Part shown: positions 18,330 to 26,740 of the stretch, one piece after another | How the letters are laid out: every line of letters starts with the position of its first letter | Numbering within the stretch: the stretch's first letter is position 1 | Assembly (NCBI GenBank): GCA_947482825.1 | Contig: CANKMT010000008.1 | Coordinates: 7,634-71,633 of the forward strand | Length of the DNA stretch: 64,000 nucleotides | Origin: Betaproteobacteria bacterium | GTDB lineage: Bacteria > Pseudomonadota > Gammaproteobacteria > Burkholderiales > SG8-39 | Direction of reading: 5' to 3' | Notes under the pieces: generated by a model | What the model was told of the DNA's origin: nothing | The model's database searches: none | What the model saw: only the letters and a program-made list of their open reading frames with translations | Position numbers and translations under genes: made by a program

Positions 18330-19775
18330 ATGAACAGTCAAAGCGCCGGCAGCGACTTCGGACTGATCGACGTCACGCTGCGCGACGCCCATCAATGCCT
18401 CTGGTCGACGCGGATGACCACGGCGATGATGACGCCCATCCTCGCCGCGCTCGACAAAGTCGGCTACGCGTACCTCAACATCATGGGCGGCGCGGTGTTC
18501 GACGTGTCCGTGAGGTTTCTACACGAGGATCCGTACGAGCGCGTGCGGCTTTTGTGCAGCCGTCTGGCCACGCCGTGCGATGCGCTCACTCGCGGCCAGA
18601 GTCTGTACACGTTCGAACTGTTTCCGGACGACATCGTCGCGCTGAACTCCGAGGTGCTGGGCAGGCTCGGCGTGAAGGTGCTGACGGTCTACGACGCGCT
18701 CAACGACAACCGGAACATCGAGTCCTCCCTGCGCTCGGGTCATGCCGCCGGCATGAAGGTCAACGCCATGATGACCTACACCTTGAGCCCGGTGCATACC
18801 GACGCCTACTACGTGGAGCGCACGATCGAATTGCGCACGATGGGCAGCGATTTCATTTCGATCAAAGATCCCACCGGACTGCTGACTCCCGAGCGCGCGC
18901 GCACGCTTTTCCCGGCAGTCGTCCAGGCCGCGGGCGCAATTCCGGTGAAGCTGCATTCTCATTGCCAGTCGGGCCTGGCGCCGCAGGTCTATCAGATCGC
19001 CATCGAGTCGGGGTTTCGTTACGCCTACACCGCGTCGGAGCCCCTCGCCAATGGCGCTTCGCTCCCCGCCAGCGAGGACATCGATACGCGCGCCACCCGC
19101 ATCGACCGCGGCCGCCTGGCGGAAGTCTCCGGGTACTTCGCCTGGCTGGCCGAGCGCGAAGGCAAGCCGCTCGGACGCGTCGCCAAATTCGACCCGGCGC
19201 TCTACGAGCACCAGGTGCCGGGCGGGATGATCTCCAATTTGCGCTCGCAACTTCAGGTCATGGGCATCGAGCATCGCCTTCCGGAAATTCTCGAGGAAGC
19301 GGCTCAGGTCCGCCGAGACCTGGGATACCCGATCCTCGTGAGCCCCTTCGCGCAGTACATCATCACCCAGGCCGTGCTCAATGTCGTGCAGGGCGAGCGT
19401 TACAAGACAATTCCGGACGAGGTCCGCAAGTACGCAATGGGCTATTACGGCCGTCTGGCCGCGCAGCCTGCGGCCACGTTTCTCGAGCGGGCCAATTTCC
19501 GGCCCGACGAGTTCGTGACGGAGCGGTCCGCGGAGCATCTCGCGCCCTGGCTGCCTCGGCCGCGCGCCGAGTTGGGCTCCAGTGCGCGGGACGAGGACCT
19601 TTTGCTTGCCGCGTTTTACGACAAGGCACTGCTCGCGCCGCTGAAAAAACCCGCCCCCGCATACCAGTTCCGAACCTGGCCTCTGTATGAACTGATCCGC
19701 TATGTGGGAACCCGTTCCGACATCGACCGGGCGACCCTGCGTTTCGCGGGAACAGAGATGACGTTTACCGCGTGA
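18330..19775 (+). CDS. 5S-type carboxyltransferase subunit, paralogue 3 (divergently transcribed)
   Basis: IDVTLRDAHQCLWSTRM, IKDPTGLL, LHSHCQS. Closest to paralogue 2 by eye. Confidence 0.87.
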   Translation: MNSQSAGSDFGLIDVTLRDAHQCLWSTRMTTAMMTPILAALDKVGYAYLNIMGGAVFDVSVRFLHEDPYERVRLLCSRLATPCDALTRGQSLYTFELFPDDIVALNSEVLGRLGVKVLTVYDALNDNRNIESSLRSGHAAGMKVNAMMTYTLSPVHTDAYYVERTIELRTMGSDFISIKDPTGLLTPERARTLFPAVVQAAGAIPVKLHSHCQSGLAPQVYQIAIESGFRYAYTASEPLANGASLPASEDIDTRATRIDRGRLAEVSGYFAWLAEREGKPLGRVAKFDPALYEHQVPGGMISNLRSQLQVMGIEHRLPEILEEAAQVRRDLGYPILVSPFAQYIITQAVLNVVQGERYKTIPDEVRKYAMGYYGRLAAQPAATFLERANFRPDEFVTERSAEHLAPWLPRPRAELGSSARDEDLLLAAFYDKALLAPLKKPAPAYQFRTWPLYELIRYVGTRSDIDRATLRFAGTEMTFTA

Positions 19776-19817
19776 TCCTCGCGCCACGACGAACCGCGTG
19801 AACGCGCTTAAAGGGCC

Positions 19818-20552
19818 GTGGACGATTCGCTGATTTCCGCCCGGTTTTGGATTGCCGTGGCGATCGCGGGCGCGGCCGGCGTCATACGCGGCATCACCGG
19901 CTTTGGCGGCGCGTTGGTCATGACACCGCCGCTCGCTCTCCTGTACGGGCCGCAGATGGCCGTACCGGTGGTGCTTTTGCTCGAAGCCTTCGCCGCGACG
20001 CCGATGATGCGGGACATCGCGCGCGCCGTGCAGTGGCGCACGATCATGCCGATTTCCCTTGCGGCCTGTTGCATGGTTCCGTTCGGCGGCTATCTGCTCG
20101 TCACCGCCGACCCGCAAGATCTGCGCCGTGCTATGGCGGCGATCGTGATCATTTTTTCGCTGCTCCTTCTTGCTGGCTGGCGTTACTCTGGAGCGCGCGG
20201 CCTGCCTGCAAGGCTGGGCCTGGGCATGATCGGCGGCGGAATGCTCGGCGCCACGGGCATGGGCGGGCCGCCCGTGATCCTGTACCTGATGTCGGGCCCC
20301 GATCCGGTCAGCACAACCCGCGCCAACATGAACGTGCACGTGGTCGTGACTTCGCTTGGCGCGCTCGCGATGCTGGGCTGGCGCGGGATCCTGGATGAGA
20401 AATGCGCGCTGACCGCGCTGCTGCTTGCGCCGGTTTTCTACGTCGGGGCGATTGTCGGCACTCGACTATTTTCTCGTTTCAGCGAACGGGGCTTCAGGCA
20501 ATTCGCCCTGATCCTGATGCTCGCCGTGTCCACCGGAATACTCCTAGCCTGA
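19818..20552 (+). CDS. TauE/SafE (TSUP) family membrane transporter
   Basis: 244 aa, about 7-8 TM segments, with duplicated G-x-G-G motifs (ITGFGGALV / GATGMGGPPV). Confidence 0.8.
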   Translation: MDDSLISARFWIAVAIAGAAGVIRGITGFGGALVMTPPLALLYGPQMAVPVVLLLEAFAATPMMRDIARAVQWRTIMPISLAACCMVPFGGYLLVTADPQDLRRAMAAIVIIFSLLLLAGWRYSGARGLPARLGLGMIGGGMLGATGMGGPPVILYLMSGPDPVSTTRANMNVHVVVTSLGALAMLGWRGILDEKCALTALLLAPVFYVGAIVGTRLFSRFSERGFRQFALILMLAVSTGILLA

Positions 20553-20577
20553 GAGGCACGCATCCCAACCGGCTGGG

Positions 20578-21327
20578 TCAGGTGCGCAGGAACCCGCCGT
20601 CGACCGCCAGGGTTTCTCCGGTGACGAATGCCGACGCGTCGGAGGCGAGATACACCACGGCCAGCGCAATGTCCTGCGTGCTGGCGAAGCGCCCCAGCGG
20701 AAAGCGCGAGAGTACCCGCGCCCGCACTTCCGGGGTCATCAAGCCCCGAGTCATGTCGGTTTCGACCACGCCGGGCGAAATGGCGTTGACGCGAATGCCT
20801 TCCGGACCCAGGTCGCGCCCGAGTCCTTTGGTGATCGCGACCACCGCCGCCTTGGTGGTGCCGTACCAGACATTGCCGAAGGCGCCGCCACCTTTTTCTG
20901 CCGACACCGAGGCGATGTTGACGATTGCGGCTCCGGCGCGGCCCCGCATCGCCGGAACTGCAGCCTGCACGCAATTGAAGACGCCTGTCACATTGATGCC
21001 GATCAAGCGGTCCCACTCGGTGCGCGAAACCGCGTCGAACGGCCCGGTGCATACGATGCCGGCGTTATTGACCAGGATGTCCAGTCCGCCGTGGATGCGA
21101 ACGATCTCGGCGACCACGCGCTTGGCCGCTTCCTCGTCACGCACGTCCAGTCCAACGCCCGCGCATTGCGGGCCTTGTCGCGCAGCGCACGCGCGCGCGC
21201 CTTGCACATCGACATCGCCGACAAATACGATGCATCCGTTCTCGGCCAAGCCTTGCGCGATGCCTTCGCCGATTCCACGCGCGGCGCCGGTCACGAGCGC
21301 AACACGTCCGGTAAGGTCTGTGTTCAT
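20578..21327 (-). CDS. SDR family oxidoreductase (FabG-like)
   Basis: VTGAARGIGEG cofactor motif, NNAG, and S...YxxxK (YGTTKAA). I prefer the ATG at 21327 (MNTDLTGRVALVTG) over the track start at 21384. Confidence 0.88.
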   Translation of the reverse strand: MNTDLTGRVALVTGAARGIGEGIAQGLAENGCIVFVGDVDVQGARACAARQGPQCAGVGLDVRDEEAAKRVVAEIVRIHGGLDILVNNAGIVCTGPFDAVSRTEWDRLIGINVTGVFNCVQAAVPAMRGRAGAAIVNIASVSAEKGGGAFGNVWYGTTKAAVVAITKGLGRDLGPEGIRVNAISPGVVETDMTRGLMTPEVRARVLSRFPLGRFASTQDIALAVVYLASDASAFVTGETLAVDGGFLRT

Positions 21328-21421
21328 GGCTGCAATATCCTGTGAAGGCGGTCCGGTGGTCGAGGCCGTTGCGCGCGCGGACACGGTTCAGCCGCTGCCC
21401 CGCGCAATCGGGAAGTGCTTT

Positions 21422-21682
21422 CTATTGCACGGTGATGTTCGCGTCGCTCACGATCTTGCGGAATTTGGCGATTTCCGCGCGCAGGTAGGCGCCGAATTGC
21501 GCCGGCGCCAGGCCCGAGGTTTCCGCCCCCAGCTTCGCCATGTTGGCGCGGATATCGGGCATGCGAATGACCTCGGCCACGTCCGCATGGATCTTCGCCA
21601 CGATGTCCGGCGAGGTGACCGGTCGAACCTGAATGGACAGCGCAGTCACGGTTGCGGTCATCGATCTCCTCCTGGAATTCAA
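21422..21682 (-). pseudogene. C-terminal fragment (~65 aa) of a TTT/Bug-family solute receptor
   Basis: SPDIVAKIHADVAEVIRMPDIRANMAKLGAETSGLAPAQFGAYLRAEIAKFRKIV matches only the last ~20% of the five full-length Bug receptors in this window. There is no signal peptide and no N-domain. Confidence 0.6.
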
Positions 21683-21709
21683 AGCATCATGGCATTCTAG
21701 TGCGACCGA

Positions 21710-21928
21710 TCATCCCCGTTCCTCGTAAACCGCCTTAGCAACCTTCGCCGCGATGATGCCGTTCGGCCAGGCCGCGTAGAAGGCACGGTGCTCAAAGAGT
21801 TCCGAGAGTTCGTCGCGAGTCACGACGTTGAAGAGTACTGGGACGATCTCCTTGAGCGCAAGCCTCCAAGGCTTGTTGGTCTGCTCCGGCGCCATGTACA
21901 ACACCAACTCAGATGCGGTAACTCCCAC
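21710..21928 (-). pseudogene. carboxymuconolactone-decarboxylase (CMD/AhpD-like) family C-terminal fragment
   Basis: TRDELSELFEHRAFYAAWPNGIIAA resembles the last CMD helix pair. A GTG start and an in-frame TAG seven codons upstream limit it to fewer than 80 aa, which is shorter than a CMD domain protein. Confidence 0.45.
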
Positions 21929-22118
21929 TCCATGGACCGTGGCGCTCCTCTATGGTTCTCCCTCTTTTCCCGGTTGAGAAAAAAGCCACGAAAGGTTAAC
22001 GCCCGCGGCCTCACATAGGATCTTTGCGCTTTAGCCTTAGGCAAATGGCAGCAATTCGGCTGGTGGACCAATAGGGACGCGGGGGTCAGGCCAAAAATGG
22101 CAGTAATGAGGCTGCGGC

Positions 22119-23849
22119 TCAGGCCGCATCCTTCAACAGCGTCTGCCCCGGCTTCACGCGCGTGAACGCCACCGGTTTCATCGCAATCCCGAGCTTGCCG
22201 CCCTCCGCCATCGTCACGCTGGTATAGGCCGAAGTCTCCAGCGGACCTGCGGCCGGGAAGTCCGCGCGGAAATGCGCGCCGCGCGAATCCTCGCGCGCGA
22301 TCGCCGCCTCGGTGATGACCTTGCTCACCTGCACCAGGCTCTTCAGGTTCATCCAGTCGTGCCACGAGAGGTTGAAGCCGCGCTGGTGGTCGACCAGCGT
22401 GTGCGCATCCAGTTCATCGTCGATCCCCTTCAGCGCAGCAACCGCTTCGGCCAGCGGGGCGGCATCGCGGATGATGCCGACCTTGTCCCACATGAGGTCG
22501 AACAAGCCTTCGCGCAGCGGCTCGATGCTTCCGTGCGAAGCGCCTTTCGAGCGCAGCGGACGCTCGCACTGACCAACGGCTGCATCGATCGCCGCGCGGT
22601 CCGGGTCGCGGTGTCCGCCTTCGGTCTTGAGCCACGCGGCCATCGCCTCGCCGGCCACCCCGCCGAACACGGTCGAGTTCGCGACGCCGTTGCCGCCGAG
22701 GCGGTTGGCGCCATGCACGCCGCCCGAGTCCTCGCCCGCCGTGAACAAGCCCGGCAGCGCCGTAGTGCAATCGAGATTGAATTCCACGCCGCCCATCATG
22801 TAGTGAGCGGTCGGCACGACTTCCACGAGCCCACCAGCAAGATCAAAGCCCGAATCCGCACAACGTTCGACCATGCCCTTGAACATCTTCGTCACATTGG
22901 CCGGCCCGAGGTGCGCCATCGAGATATAGAGCCCGCCGTGCGGGCTGGTGCGTCCTGCGCGCATCTCGCTGTACATCGAACGCGACACGATGTCGCGCGT
23001 GGCGCGCTCGAGCTTGGCGTCGTACTTGTGCATGAAGCGCTCGCGATTGCCGTCGAGCAGGTAACCGCCGGAACCGCGGAGCCCTTCCTCGATCACGGTG
23101 CCCGTCATGCGCGTGTGGGTGCCGGCGAGCAATCCCGTCGGATGGAACTGCACCATCTCCATGTCGCGCACAGCGAGCCCCGCGCGCAGTGCCATCGCAA
23201 GGCCGTCGCAACTCTTGTCGCCCGAGGGCGTGTGGTACTTGTACATCGTCGGCCCGCCGCCGGTGGCGAGCAGCACGGCGCGCGCCCTGACGAACACATA
23301 CTCGCCGGTGCGCATGTCGATCATGAGCACGCCGGCCAGCGCATCGCCCGATGCGGTCTTCACAAGCTCGACGGCGCGGTGCTCTTCCAGCCGGCCGATG
23401 TCGCGCGCCCACACCTGTTCGGCCAGTCGGTTGATGATCTCGATGCCGGTGAGGTCGCCTTTATGCACCGTGCGATCGAACGTCTGGCCCGCAAAGGCTT
23501 TCTGGTGGACGGTGCCGTCGGGATTGCGGTCGAAGAAGCAGCCCAGTTCGTTTTCCAGCTCGTGGATGCGCTCTACCGCCAGCACGACGAGCTTCCACGC
23601 TAGGTCCTGGTCGGGTAGCCATTTGCCGCCCTCGATCGTGTCCATGAAGTGCCGCTCGATCGAATCGCCGGCGGCAAGCGCTACGTTGTAGCCGCCCTGG
23701 ACCATTCGCGTGCAGCCGCACTTGCCGAGGAGTCCTTTGACCGCCACGGTGATTTTGAGGTCGGGCGAGGCCTGGTGCGCATGCAGTGCGGCAAACAGGC
23801 CCGCGCCGCCGGAGCCCAGGATCAGGATGTCGGTATTCAATTCGCGCAT
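22119..23849 (-). CDS. FAD flavoprotein of the succinate dehydrogenase/fumarate reductase/L-aspartate oxidase family (stand-alone)
   Basis: GSGGAGL dinucleotide fold, FHPTG, LRGSGGYLL, HYMMGG, HGANRLGGN. The covalent-FAD His position reads GCTRMVQGG (no His). Starts 1 nt after the glmE-like stop. No Fe-S or membrane-anchor subunit genes are nearby. Confidence 0.88.
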   Translation of the reverse strand: MRELNTDILILGSGGAGLFAALHAHQASPDLKITVAVKGLLGKCGCTRMVQGGYNVALAAGDSIERHFMDTIEGGKWLPDQDLAWKLVVLAVERIHELENELGCFFDRNPDGTVHQKAFAGQTFDRTVHKGDLTGIEIINRLAEQVWARDIGRLEEHRAVELVKTASGDALAGVLMIDMRTGEYVFVRARAVLLATGGGPTMYKYHTPSGDKSCDGLAMALRAGLAVRDMEMVQFHPTGLLAGTHTRMTGTVIEEGLRGSGGYLLDGNRERFMHKYDAKLERATRDIVSRSMYSEMRAGRTSPHGGLYISMAHLGPANVTKMFKGMVERCADSGFDLAGGLVEVVPTAHYMMGGVEFNLDCTTALPGLFTAGEDSGGVHGANRLGGNGVANSTVFGGVAGEAMAAWLKTEGGHRDPDRAAIDAAVGQCERPLRSKGASHGSIEPLREGLFDLMWDKVGIIRDAAPLAEAVAALKGIDDELDAHTLVDHQRGFNLSWHDWMNLKSLVQVSKVITEAAIAREDSRGAHFRADFPAAGPLETSAYTSVTMAEGGKLGIAMKPVAFTRVKPGQTLLKDAA

Positions 23850-23850
23850 T

Positions 23851-25344
23851 TCAGGCAGCCCTCTTGTCCGACATCAGTTTTGCAATCGGTTCCGATATTT
23901 CGTAGACGCTCTGCACCGCGAGGTCGACGCCGAAAGGCACGTTCTCCCGCGTCGCGCGGCGGCGCAGCTTCTCTTCGTGGATTTCCATCACGTCCTTCGG
24001 GAAAGGCATCAGGCCCGGGTCGAAAATCCGCAGGCACCCGTCGGCATCACGCGCCGGCATCACGCGGCTCTTGACCCAGCGGTTCGGCGACCAGGGGATG
24101 TCGAGAACGCCGGCTTCGCATGCGCGCACCGTGCCGACGGCCGCGTCGCCGTCGCCCATCTCGAGCACTTTGTCCACCACCGGACGTACTTCGCGCTTGA
24201 TCAGGTCGACCTCGTCCTTGAATTCCTGCATCGAATCGAGCCGGATATGGCGCGCAAGGTAAACCGCGGTGCGCGTGATGCGCAGGCCTTCTGCGTTCGC
24301 CTTGGGCGTCGGGATGCCGAAGGCCTCATGGGTGCTCTTGGTCGTCACCGAATCGGCACCGGCGATCGCCGCGAGCGTGCCGCCATACGAAACCAGCGCC
24401 GCGCACTGCGCCTCGTCCTGAGGCCAGGCACCCATCCAGTGCAACAGCGTGATGGGGGTGTACACGTCCTTGTAGCCCTTGCGCGCGAGATACTCCTGGC
24501 AAAGTTCACGACAGGCTTTGACCGCAGCGGCATCCTGCACGAGGTGCAAGGTCTCGCCCATTTCGAGCCCGTAGTTGCGCACGCCTTGCGCCGCCGCGAG
24601 CAGCATGTCCAGGATCGCAACGATGATCGCCACCGAGGGCGGGATGTTCGTTCCCGTGAGGAATCCCGGCTGCCGGCGATGCAACTCGATGCCACGGTCC
24701 TGGTAGAGCGCCGTCAGCCGGTCGAGGTACTGGTAGTTGCGGATCCCGTCCTCAATCGAAAGCTCCTTGGTGTAGGAGGACGTATACGCGATGCCCGAGC
24801 CGAGATACCCGGTATAGCCGCCGGCAAAAGAGATCTCGCCGGTCAGCTTTGGCATCGCGGTGCCGGTCAGCATGATGGCCGGCTTGTCGATCGCGTCGAT
24901 CAGCTCGGCGGCCTTGGCCACGCCGTAGTTCACCATCGGATACCCGTTAAGGAGAGAGCGCCCCAGCCGCTCGGACTCTTCGACGCCTTTTTGCGCGAGG
25001 TGGAACTGCTCGTTGCGCGTATAGCTGTCGGTCGTGGTCGGCACCACGTCGGCCAGGCCTTCGCGGTCGAGCACCTGCATGAGTTCCTTCTGCAATTCGA
25101 ACGTGCCGAACCCGCCGCGCGGCTGGGTCAGGCAACGGCCCTCGGCGGACGCGGCGCGCATGACGGCGCTCAGCCGCTTGTGCGCGGGCAGGCGCTCATG
25201 GCGTTCGATCGCTTCGTCGAGGTTCACCCCGGCCCCGGTGGGCCAGCGCGCAAGGTTGCGCACGCGCATGCGCCCGAAGAGGTCTTCGTCGATGCGCGCC
25301 TCGGACAGCGCGGCCGCGAAATCGGGATCAGAGGGAGCGTTCAA
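23851..25344 (-). CDS. glmE: methylaspartate (glutamate) mutase E-subunit homologue
   Basis: WPTG..., TQPRGGFGT, TTDSYTRNEQ and RSLLNGYPMVNYGV match GlmE/MutE. The track start (25386) overlaps glmL by 59 nt. A TTG at 25344 preceded by GAGGAG (7-nt spacer) is the more likely start. See the findings for the atypical active-site positions. Confidence 0.85.
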   Translation of the reverse strand: MNAPSDPDFAAALSEARIDEDLFGRMRVRNLARWPTGAGVNLDEAIERHERLPAHKRLSAVMRAASAEGRCLTQPRGGFGTFELQKELMQVLDREGLADVVPTTTDSYTRNEQFHLAQKGVEESERLGRSLLNGYPMVNYGVAKAAELIDAIDKPAIMLTGTAMPKLTGEISFAGGYTGYLGSGIAYTSSYTKELSIEDGIRNYQYLDRLTALYQDRGIELHRRQPGFLTGTNIPPSVAIIVAILDMLLAAAQGVRNYGLEMGETLHLVQDAAAVKACRELCQEYLARKGYKDVYTPITLLHWMGAWPQDEAQCAALVSYGGTLAAIAGADSVTTKSTHEAFGIPTPKANAEGLRITRTAVYLARHIRLDSMQEFKDEVDLIKREVRPVVDKVLEMGDGDAAVGTVRACEAGVLDIPWSPNRWVKSRVMPARDADGCLRIFDPGLMPFPKDVMEIHEEKLRRRATRENVPFGVDLAVQSVYEISEPIAKLMSDKRAA

Positions 25345-26740
25345 GGGAGGACTCCTCGCGTGGGCTGTGCAGGTGGCCGAGCGCAAGTTCGAGCGCCGCT
25401 TCGGGCTCGACCTGGCTCAGCAATCCGCAAGCGTAAAGGATATAGCTGCGATCGATGAGGATGCGCGGCGCCTTCGGGCGCAGCGACCCCGGTTCCGCCG
25501 GATCGAACAGCGCCACCGAAAGCAGGTCTTGCGGGTCTGCGTCGTGCGCGATGACGCCGCCGGTGCCGATGAGCGTGCCGGCTGCGGACAGGTCCTTGCC
25601 GTCCTGCGCAGCGACTGGCCCATTGGCCGTGTACACAGTCTGCACACGACCGCAATGGCGGCGCATCGCGATCCGCAACGCAGCCCTCGCCAGCGCCCGG
25701 TCGAGCCTCGTTTCCTCAGTGCCGTTTGGCAGGCTTTCCACGTTGCGGGAGAGTTCGCCGACCAGGGCTTGCAGGCGCGCTTCGCTCAAGTCCGCGTCGG
25801 CCGCGACGGATGTGGCGCCCGCCGCCTCGACGATCGCGGCCGCGTTGTGGCGCATGCCGAGGTCGCCTTCGACCGTGCGCTTCACGCGCGGCTCCGGCAG
25901 CCCGCGCTGGATCACGCCGGGCGTGGCCGGCGCGCCGCTGGCCACCGAATGCACGTCGGTCGTGGCGCCGCCGGGATCGATGACGACGAGGTCGCCCAGC
26001 CCCGCAAAGCCTTTGCAGCCATCCGCAATCAACCGCGCGCCTTCCATGACCGCGGCGGGCGTCGGCATCAGGACCGCGTCGAACTCGGCCGCCGCGCGGT
26101 CGATGCCCTTGGCGTGGACGATGCGCTCGATGAACACGCTGCGGATCGCCGCGCGCGCCGGCTCGATGTTGAGTTCACCCAATTCGGGCATCACGTTTTC
26201 GGTCACCTGCGCCTGCTTGCGCGCAAGCAGCGCGTGCGCTTCGTCCGCCACCACCCGGTTGCCGGCGTAGATCAACGGACACACCAGGGCGCTCTCGCCG
26301 AGCATCCCGGCGTTGTGGAGGATCACTTCGCTGTTGCCCCCGTCGGTCCCGCCGGCAAGCAGCACGATGTCGGGCTGGATTTCGACGATGCGCGCGAGAT
26401 CTTTCGCCGTCAGCCGGTTGGCGTACGTCCCGACCAGCCTTGCTCCCGCGCCGAGCGCCGCCCAACGCGCCGCCTCGAGCGTGAGCTCGCGCACCAGCCC
26501 GATGGCCACCATGCGCAGGCCGCCCGCGGCGCTGCTCGATGCGAGCCGATGCCGAAACACCGGCAACCCGCCGAGCCTGCGCCCAAGATCGGCCAGCGCG
26601 GCATTCATACCGAGCGTGATGTCGGTCGTCACGGTGGAGGGCCCCTGCCCCGACCCGAGGAGCTTGCGCCGGTCGAGGTCGACCGCCCGCAGCTTGGTGT
26701 AGGTGCTGCCGAAGTCGATCAGGAGCGCTGCGCGGCTCAT
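25328..26740 (-). CDS. glmL: glutamate mutase L component (MutL/GlmL, ASKHA-fold reactivase/chaperone)
   Basis: 470 aa with an N-terminal LLIDFGSTYTK (actin-like ATPase phosphate-1 motif). It sits between the S and E genes as in clostridial mut/glm operons. 4-nt overlap with glmS. Confidence 0.82.
   Translation of the reverse strand: MSRAALLIDFGSTYTKLRAVDLDRRKLLGSGQGPSTVTTDITLGMNAALADLGRRLGGLPVFRHRLASSSAAGGLRMVAIGLVRELTLEAARWAALGAGARLVGTYANRLTAKDLARIVEIQPDIVLLAGGTDGGNSEVILHNAGMLGESALVCPLIYAGNRVVADEAHALLARKQAQVTENVMPELGELNIEPARAAIRSVFIERIVHAKGIDRAAAEFDAVLMPTPAAVMEGARLIADGCKGFAGLGDLVVIDPGGATTDVHSVASGAPATPGVIQRGLPEPRVKRTVEGDLGMRHNAAAIVEAAGATSVAADADLSEARLQALVGELSRNVESLPNGTEETRLDRALARAALRIAMRRHCGRVQTVYTANGPVAAQDGKDLSAAGTLIGTGGVIAHDADPQDLLSVALFDPAEPGSLRPKAPRILIDRSYILYACGLLSQVEPEAALELALGHLHSPREESSLERSL

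Noticed and set aside
10880-19775. Naming the three carboxyltransferases oadA or pycB
   Set aside because: They lack the C-terminal biotinyl domain of OadA/PycB. No oadB/oadG or pycA-type partner is adjacent. The active-site loop is atypical. A family-level call is all the sequence supports.
22046-22113. Two sigma54-like boxes on the plus strand, TGGCAG-N6-GGCT (22046-22061 and 22098-22113). A similar AATGGCAGCAAT string occurs in reverse orientation in repeats R1 and R2.
   Set aside because: The -12 element is poor (GGCT versus TGCW). No plus-strand gene lies downstream. The R1/R2 versions lack a GC at the -12 position. Most likely coincidence.
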